Origin: Vicinamibacterales bacterium
GTDB lineage: Bacteria; Acidobacteriota; Vicinamibacteria; Vicinamibacterales; JAMQPK01
Length of the DNA stretch: 64,000 nt
Assembly (NCBI GenBank): GCA_963832375.1
Contig: CAWHUA010000003.1
Coordinates: 206,827-270,826, forward strand
Reading direction: 5' to 3'
The notes under the pieces are model-generated. The model made no database searches. It saw only the letters and a program-made list of their open reading frames with translations, and had not been told where the DNA came from. The first letter of the stretch is position 1. Each line of letters starts with the position of its first letter. A program made the position numbers and the translations under genes. Below, piece by piece: positions 60,497 through 64,000 of this stretch.

Positions 60497-60950
60497 TTCT
60501 TTCTCCGCTTCGCCTCAGGTGTGGCCGTCGTCGCCGTCTGGGCCGCCGGTGCGGCGGCCAATTTCGCTTTCATCGCCGCAATCCGCTGCTCCAATTTCGC
60601 CAATTTCTCGGCCTCGGTCGGCTTCGGCAAGGAGGCGATCCGCGCCTTGCGCTCCTCCTGGGTTTCGGGCGTAGCGAAGGTGCCCTTGAGGGTGAGCGTC
60701 GCCGGCACCGCGTCCTTCGCAAACAAGGACCTCCGGAATTGCACCGTGCCACGGCGCCCGTCGATCGTGAAAAATACCAGCCGTTCCCGAAGAAACCAGT
60801 GCCCGCGAGTGAAAACAGTGGAACGAGCAAATACGCGCGCCCGATCTCCGGCACCTCCTTGGTCCGCACCGTGCGTGTGCTGGTGCCCTCAACGAGAGCG
60901 CAGCCGACCTGCGGCAACCAGCAGAGCGGAATCGAGACAACGGCAGTCAT
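60493..60950 (-). CDS. small element-encoded protein (hydrophobic N-terminus, Lys/Ala-rich coiled C-terminus); frame probably broken at the A5 run 60770-60774
   Basis: The ATG at 60950 overlaps the upstream stop (ATGA) and the stop overlaps the recombinase ATG. ORFs 60570..60950 and 60493..60744 fuse as ...GFFGNGWYFFTIDGRRGTVQFRRSLFAKD... if T5 were T6. Confidence 0.5.
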
Positions 60951-61951
60951 TTCTTGACCATCCCGAGTTGCCGACGTGCATCTGCGACGACGCTAGCATC
61001 GACGCTGCTGCCAATGAAAAACCATCCGAATTCCAGGGCGGCGAGTGCCGTTCCGATTGTCAGAAACGGATCGCACACGAGCTCCCCCGGTCCGGCCAAT
61101 GTTTGACCGAAATACTCCTCACAGCTTTCGTAAGGACGAAGAAGCGTGACGCCGGGTTTGGTGCGAGCGCGCGCTTTCGCCCGATTGAGGGCGTCGTCGT
61201 CGTGACAAAACACCAAGCACAGCCTGTTGTTGCGTATGTGCCCCTCGCGATACGTCATGTGCTCGCAGAGCCGCTGCATCACCTCGGGTAGGTAGGGCGT
61301 ATGCACCGCGACGACGACGAGCGGCACGCCGCTGCAGGCGCGGGCGAGCTCGGAAAATGCCGGGAGATGGTCACGCGAGCGGGGCAGCTCGGTGATAACG
61401 GCAGCGGGCCTGATGCCCGACGCAAACAGGTCGGCACAGGAGCAGACGTGAAGATCGATTGCCGCAGAGCCACCGTCGCGGTCAAGGAGCGCCTTGAGAT
61501 TGGCGGCGCGCTTCATGCGGGCCAGCGCCCCCGAAAGAGAGCTTTGACCGTCGCGGACGTTGTGAAACAGTTCCGGCGGTAAATCGTAGATATGCTGCGC
61601 GAGGCTCGAGATTTTCTTCGTGAGCCCGAGGTCGGCCAGCGTTTCTACCGGTACCAAATGGGGACCGGTAGAATGCTGATACGGTTGGCCGCCAACGGCC
61701 CTCGTCGTCTCCCTGAGGAATCCGCCGAGCCGACGAAGAGCCTCCGTGGTAATGGCGCGCGCCCTCTGCATCACCTCCCGACCGAGCTTCTGCTCCCGTG
61801 CATAGACTCGCAGCGCCTTCGCTGCCGCATAGATGTGCGTCACCTCGTGTAAGGTTTTTGCATGCGCCAGACAGTGATTAGCCTCTTCGAGCTTCAGCAT
61901 GACTGTGGCGCTCGACGTGTCCACAGGTCGCAGCGCCGCGACCGGAGTCAT
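60947..61951 (-). CDS. DNA methyltransferase-like protein with degenerate catalytic and SAM-binding motifs
   Basis: Beta-class N6/N4-MTase layout. The position of DPPY reads AAVITELPRS. The position of DPFxGSGTTxxAAxxLGRxxIGxE reads VCDPFLTIGTALAALEFGWFFIGSS. Helical N-terminal region (KTLHEVTHIYAAAKALRVYAREQKLGREV). Confidence 0.6.
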   Translation of the reverse strand: MTPVAALRPVDTSSATVMLKLEEANHCLAHAKTLHEVTHIYAAAKALRVYAREQKLGREVMQRARAITTEALRRLGGFLRETTRAVGGQPYQHSTGPHLVPVETLADLGLTKKISSLAQHIYDLPPELFHNVRDGQSSLSGALARMKRAANLKALLDRDGGSAAIDLHVCSCADLFASGIRPAAVITELPRSRDHLPAFSELARACSGVPLVVVAVHTPYLPEVMQRLCEHMTYREGHIRNNRLCLVFCHDDDALNRAKARARTKPGVTLLRPYESCEEYFGQTLAGPGELVCDPFLTIGTALAALEFGWFFIGSSVDASVVADARRQLGMVKK

Positions 61952-62142
61952 GGCTCCAACTCCTGCAGGAGTTCCGAAGGCGCGACACCGAGCACGGCCG
62001 CGAGGCGCTGCAATTCCCGAGGAGTCGGAATGTGCCGACCGCGCTCAACAAGACAGACCTTTTCCTGATTCATGCGGGCAAGGGCAGCGAGGCGGGGTTG
62101 AGTGAGATTGAGTTTGGTGCGTCGGTCTTTGATACGCAGCAC
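61948..62142 (-). CDS. XRE-family helix-turn-helix transcriptional regulator
   Basis: 64 aa; LNLTQPRLAALARMNQEKVCLVERGRHIPTPRELQRLAAVLGV HTH pattern; stop overlaps the next ATG. Confidence 0.8.
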   Translation of the reverse strand: MLRIKDRRTKLNLTQPRLAALARMNQEKVCLVERGRHIPTPRELQRLAAVLGVAPSELLQELEP

Positions 62143-62192
62143 GCGAAAACCTCCGTTCGCCAGAGATGGCGAATGAAAAAGCTGGTTTTCGC
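62143..62192. promoter_or_regulatory. nested palindromes immediately upstream of the XRE gene (candidate operator)
   Basis: Outer pair GCGAAAACC (62143-51) / GGTTTTCGC (62184-92). Inner pair TTCGCCA (62156-62), spacer gaga, TGGCGAA (62167-73). Confidence 0.4.
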
Positions 62193-62464
62193 GCAGTCGT
62201 GGGGCTTAGGAAGCGCTTATGTCGGGCCGACCGCTATTTCTAATCCCCCCCTGACGAGCAGCAGTGTCTGCGCTCGCGAGGTCGAGCCCCTAGTCGTTCA
62301 TTGTGGCGAACGAACTTTTTCGAGTATCGCTATGGGCGCGGCCGGAGTTCAAGGGAAATCTGAAAATCGTTTTGGATAAAAGGTACGCAAGCGAAGCAAC
62401 GTGGCGAAAGTATGCTTATTCTTTCTGGAATAGTGCTACCCAAAAGGCTCACTAAAGAGCTGCG

Positions 62465-62671
62465 TTACTTCTTCGGCGTTTTCAGCAGTTCCCACACATA
62501 CTCGCACTCCGTGCACACGCAGGAGAGTGGGTCCCAACTTCGCGCCTTCACGATGACCGTCATCGTAGAACCGCAGCGCGGACAGTGAGGACAAGGCGTG
62601 ACGTGCTCCGGGGACTTCGACAAGCCGGCAACACTAGCACAGATATGCGCCAGCAATAACCGCGAATGCAC
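62465..62671 (-). CDS. small zinc-ribbon protein (element-borne paralog of the CxxC...CxxCxxxW family)
   Basis: 68 aa; CPHCPRCG-x19-CVCTECEYVW. Confidence 0.45.
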   Translation of the reverse strand: MHSRLLLAHICASVAGLSKSPEHVTPCPHCPRCGSTMTVIVKARSWDPLSCVCTECEYVWELLKTPKK

Positions 62672-62719
62672 CGTATGTATTGGACTTAGACACCCTCGAA
62701 GCCGCGCGGCGCCCGAGGT

Positions 62720-62899
62720 TTAGTCTGTGCGTTTCGGTTTATCACGCTCAACGGCGCGCCTCGTACCCACCGCGTCAACGACTACCACCACAATTTTTGA
62801 CGCAGCGATAATCCTGAGCTCGGCAGACTCGCGCCGACACTGCGCAAGCATCCGCTCGACGCGGGCAAGTCGTTCTTCGTCGTGATCGGATTCAACCAT
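62720..62899 (-). CDS. possible 59-aa protein
   Basis: Hand-translated ORF below the track threshold: MVESDHDEERLARVERMLAQCRRESAELRIIAASKIVVVVVDAVGTRRAVERDKPKRTD. No clear Shine-Dalgarno. Confidence 0.25.
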   Translation of the reverse strand: MVESDHDEERLARVERMLAQCRRESAELRIIAASKIVVVVVDAVGTRRAVERDKPKRTD

Positions 62900-63219
62900 G
62901 GGGAGAGAACCAATTAGCAGGATAAAGCGGCTGCGTCACAGACGCTGTAACATTTTGCACACCCGCGTATGTATTTGTGCTTTCACATAGTTGCACTCCA
63001 CATCAGAAAATCCAGGCAACAAATAAAAGGTGGACGGGGACACAAAACCCAGGGGGCGGCTAGGCGGTGCCGGGCCCGGGCCATGCGGCCATCGCGCGGG
63101 CGTTCGCCATTCGTGGGGCATCCTCGCGCCCCGCCGGGGCTATCGCGGCGCCGCCGCTAGGCCGCGCCGGGGAGGCGAATCCGGCCGGCCATCGGCCGCG
63201 CGAAATGATGCGAGCCCGT

Positions 63220-63234
63220 TCGGGCGCACCAACC
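63220..63234. repeat. right-end direct repeat (displaced tRNA-Arg 3' fragment)
   Basis: TCGGGCGCACCAACC, identical to 58739-58753. Confidence 0.8.
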
Positions 63235-63258
63235 TTCGCTCATGAATGTACGCGAAGG
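63233..63258 (+). terminator. hairpin that would terminate the uninterrupted tRNA-Arg(CCG)
   Basis: CCTTCGC, 12-nt loop, GCGAAGG, followed by TTGTTG. Confidence 0.45.
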
Positions 63259-63308
63259 TTGTTGCGCCGGAGCGGCAAAGCCGCGAAGGCGGACCACACA
63301 CTACCTCC

Positions 63309-64000
63309 CTATCCCCGTCCTATAAACGGCATCTTCGTCGCCATCACGGTGATGAACTGCACGTTCACGTCGAGCGGCAGGTTGGCCATGTAGAGCACGG
63401 CGCGCGCCACGTGCTCGGGATCGATCGTCGGTTCGGGAACGATCGCCCCGTGCGCCTGCAGGACGCCTGCCTTCATTGCCTCGGCCAGTGGAGTCGCGGC
63501 GTTGCCGATGTCGATCTGTCCGCAGGCGATCTCGTACTGCCGGCCGTCGAGCGACGTCGATTTGGTCAGGCCCGTGATGGCGTGCTTCGTTGACGTGTAG
63601 GGCGCGGAGTGCGGCCGCGGCGCGTGCGCGGAAAGGGATCCGTTGTTGATGATGCGGCCGCCGCGCGGGTCTTGCGCCTTCATCATCCGGAACGCTCCCT
63701 GCGTGCACAGAAACGCTCCGGTCAAATTTACATCGACGACCGCCTTCCATTGTTCGAGCGGCAGGTCCTCGAGCGGCACCCGCGGTGCCGTCAGTCCGGC
63801 GTTGTTGAACAGCACATCGAGCCGGCCGAAACTGTCGTGCGTTGCGGTGAAGAGCGCGGCCACCGAGGCGGGATCCGCGACGTCTGTGGGCACGACGACC
63901 GCTTTCGATCCGGGCGGTGCCTCCCGCGCAGTGTCTTCGAGCGGCTGACGGCGGCGGCCGGCCAGGACGACGCCGTAGCCGTCGCGCAGGAAAGCCAGCG
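63309..64000 (-). CDS. short-chain dehydrogenase/reductase (SDR) family oxidoreductase, 5' end outside window
   Basis: Frame stays open to base 64000 (...[43 protein letters not shown]). Contains NNAG, the catalytic S...YxxxK region ([13 protein letters not shown]) and an IACGQIDIG motif. Confidence 0.85.
   Translation of the reverse strand, partial: LAFLRDGYGVVLAGRRRQPLEDTAREAPPGSKAVVVPTDVADPASVAALFTATHDSFGRLDVLFNNAGLTAPRVPLEDLPLEQWKAVVDVNLTGAFLCTQGAFRMMKAQDPRGGRIINNGSLSAHAPRPHSAPYTSTKHAITGLTKSTSLDGRQYEIACGQIDIGNAATPLAEAMKAGVLQAHGAIVPEPTIDPEHVARAVLYMANLPLDVNVQFITVMATKMPFIGRG

Larger units (their letters stand above)
58739..63234. mobile_element. ~4.5-kb integrative element in the tRNA-Arg(CCG) 3' end
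   Basis: Perfect 15-bp direct repeat TCGGGCGCACCAACC at 58739-58753 and 63220-63234. Interior carries a large serine recombinase, an XRE regulator, an MTase-like gene and small genes. Part of the interior is visibly less GC-rich. Confidence 0.75.

Noticed and set aside
62936-63245. Gly/Arg/Pro-rich ORFs on both strands in the GC-rich right arm of the element
   Set aside because: No start context, no motifs, mutually overlapping frames. The segment is more likely non-coding (attachment-site arm or structured region).

Overview
GC-rich bacterial chromosomal window, densely coding on both strands: about 57 protein genes and 3 tRNAs, with no rRNA, CRISPR array or transposase seen. The gene content suggests an Acidobacteriota-like origin (inference only). 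It includes carboxypeptidase-regulatory-domain TonB-dependent receptors, an ECF sigma factor paired with a Ser/Thr kinase, a BlaI/BlaR1 pair, an acidobacterial-type VWA protein, and NHL and PD40 propellers. Most genes are envelope or housekeeping: arginase, ArgG, class-III aminotransferase, LigD, HrpB, an M3 peptidase, a DEAD-box helicase, ferredoxin, a DAACS transporter, and a TAXI/HK/RR module. Three things stand out. (1) A ~4.5-kb integrative element sits in the 3' end of tRNA-Arg(CCG) (58739-63234). It is bounded by a perfect 15-bp direct repeat and carries a large serine recombinase, a catalytically degenerate DNA-methyltransferase-like protein, an XRE regulator and small zinc-ribbon genes. 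(2) Almost every gene-end spacer, and two coding linkers, contain low-complexity 'word' repeats or long imperfect palindromes, and different loci share the same words. (3) Seven otherwise intact genes each carry a single-base frameshift, mostly in short homopolymers. This fits assembly indels better than real gene decay. A translationally coupled blaI-blaR1-unknown-B12/radical-SAM operon and a TAXI-TAXI-kinase-regulator operon without a TRAP permease are the most interesting chromosomal gene arrangements. All functional calls rest on motifs read by eye from the ORF translations. No database search was run.
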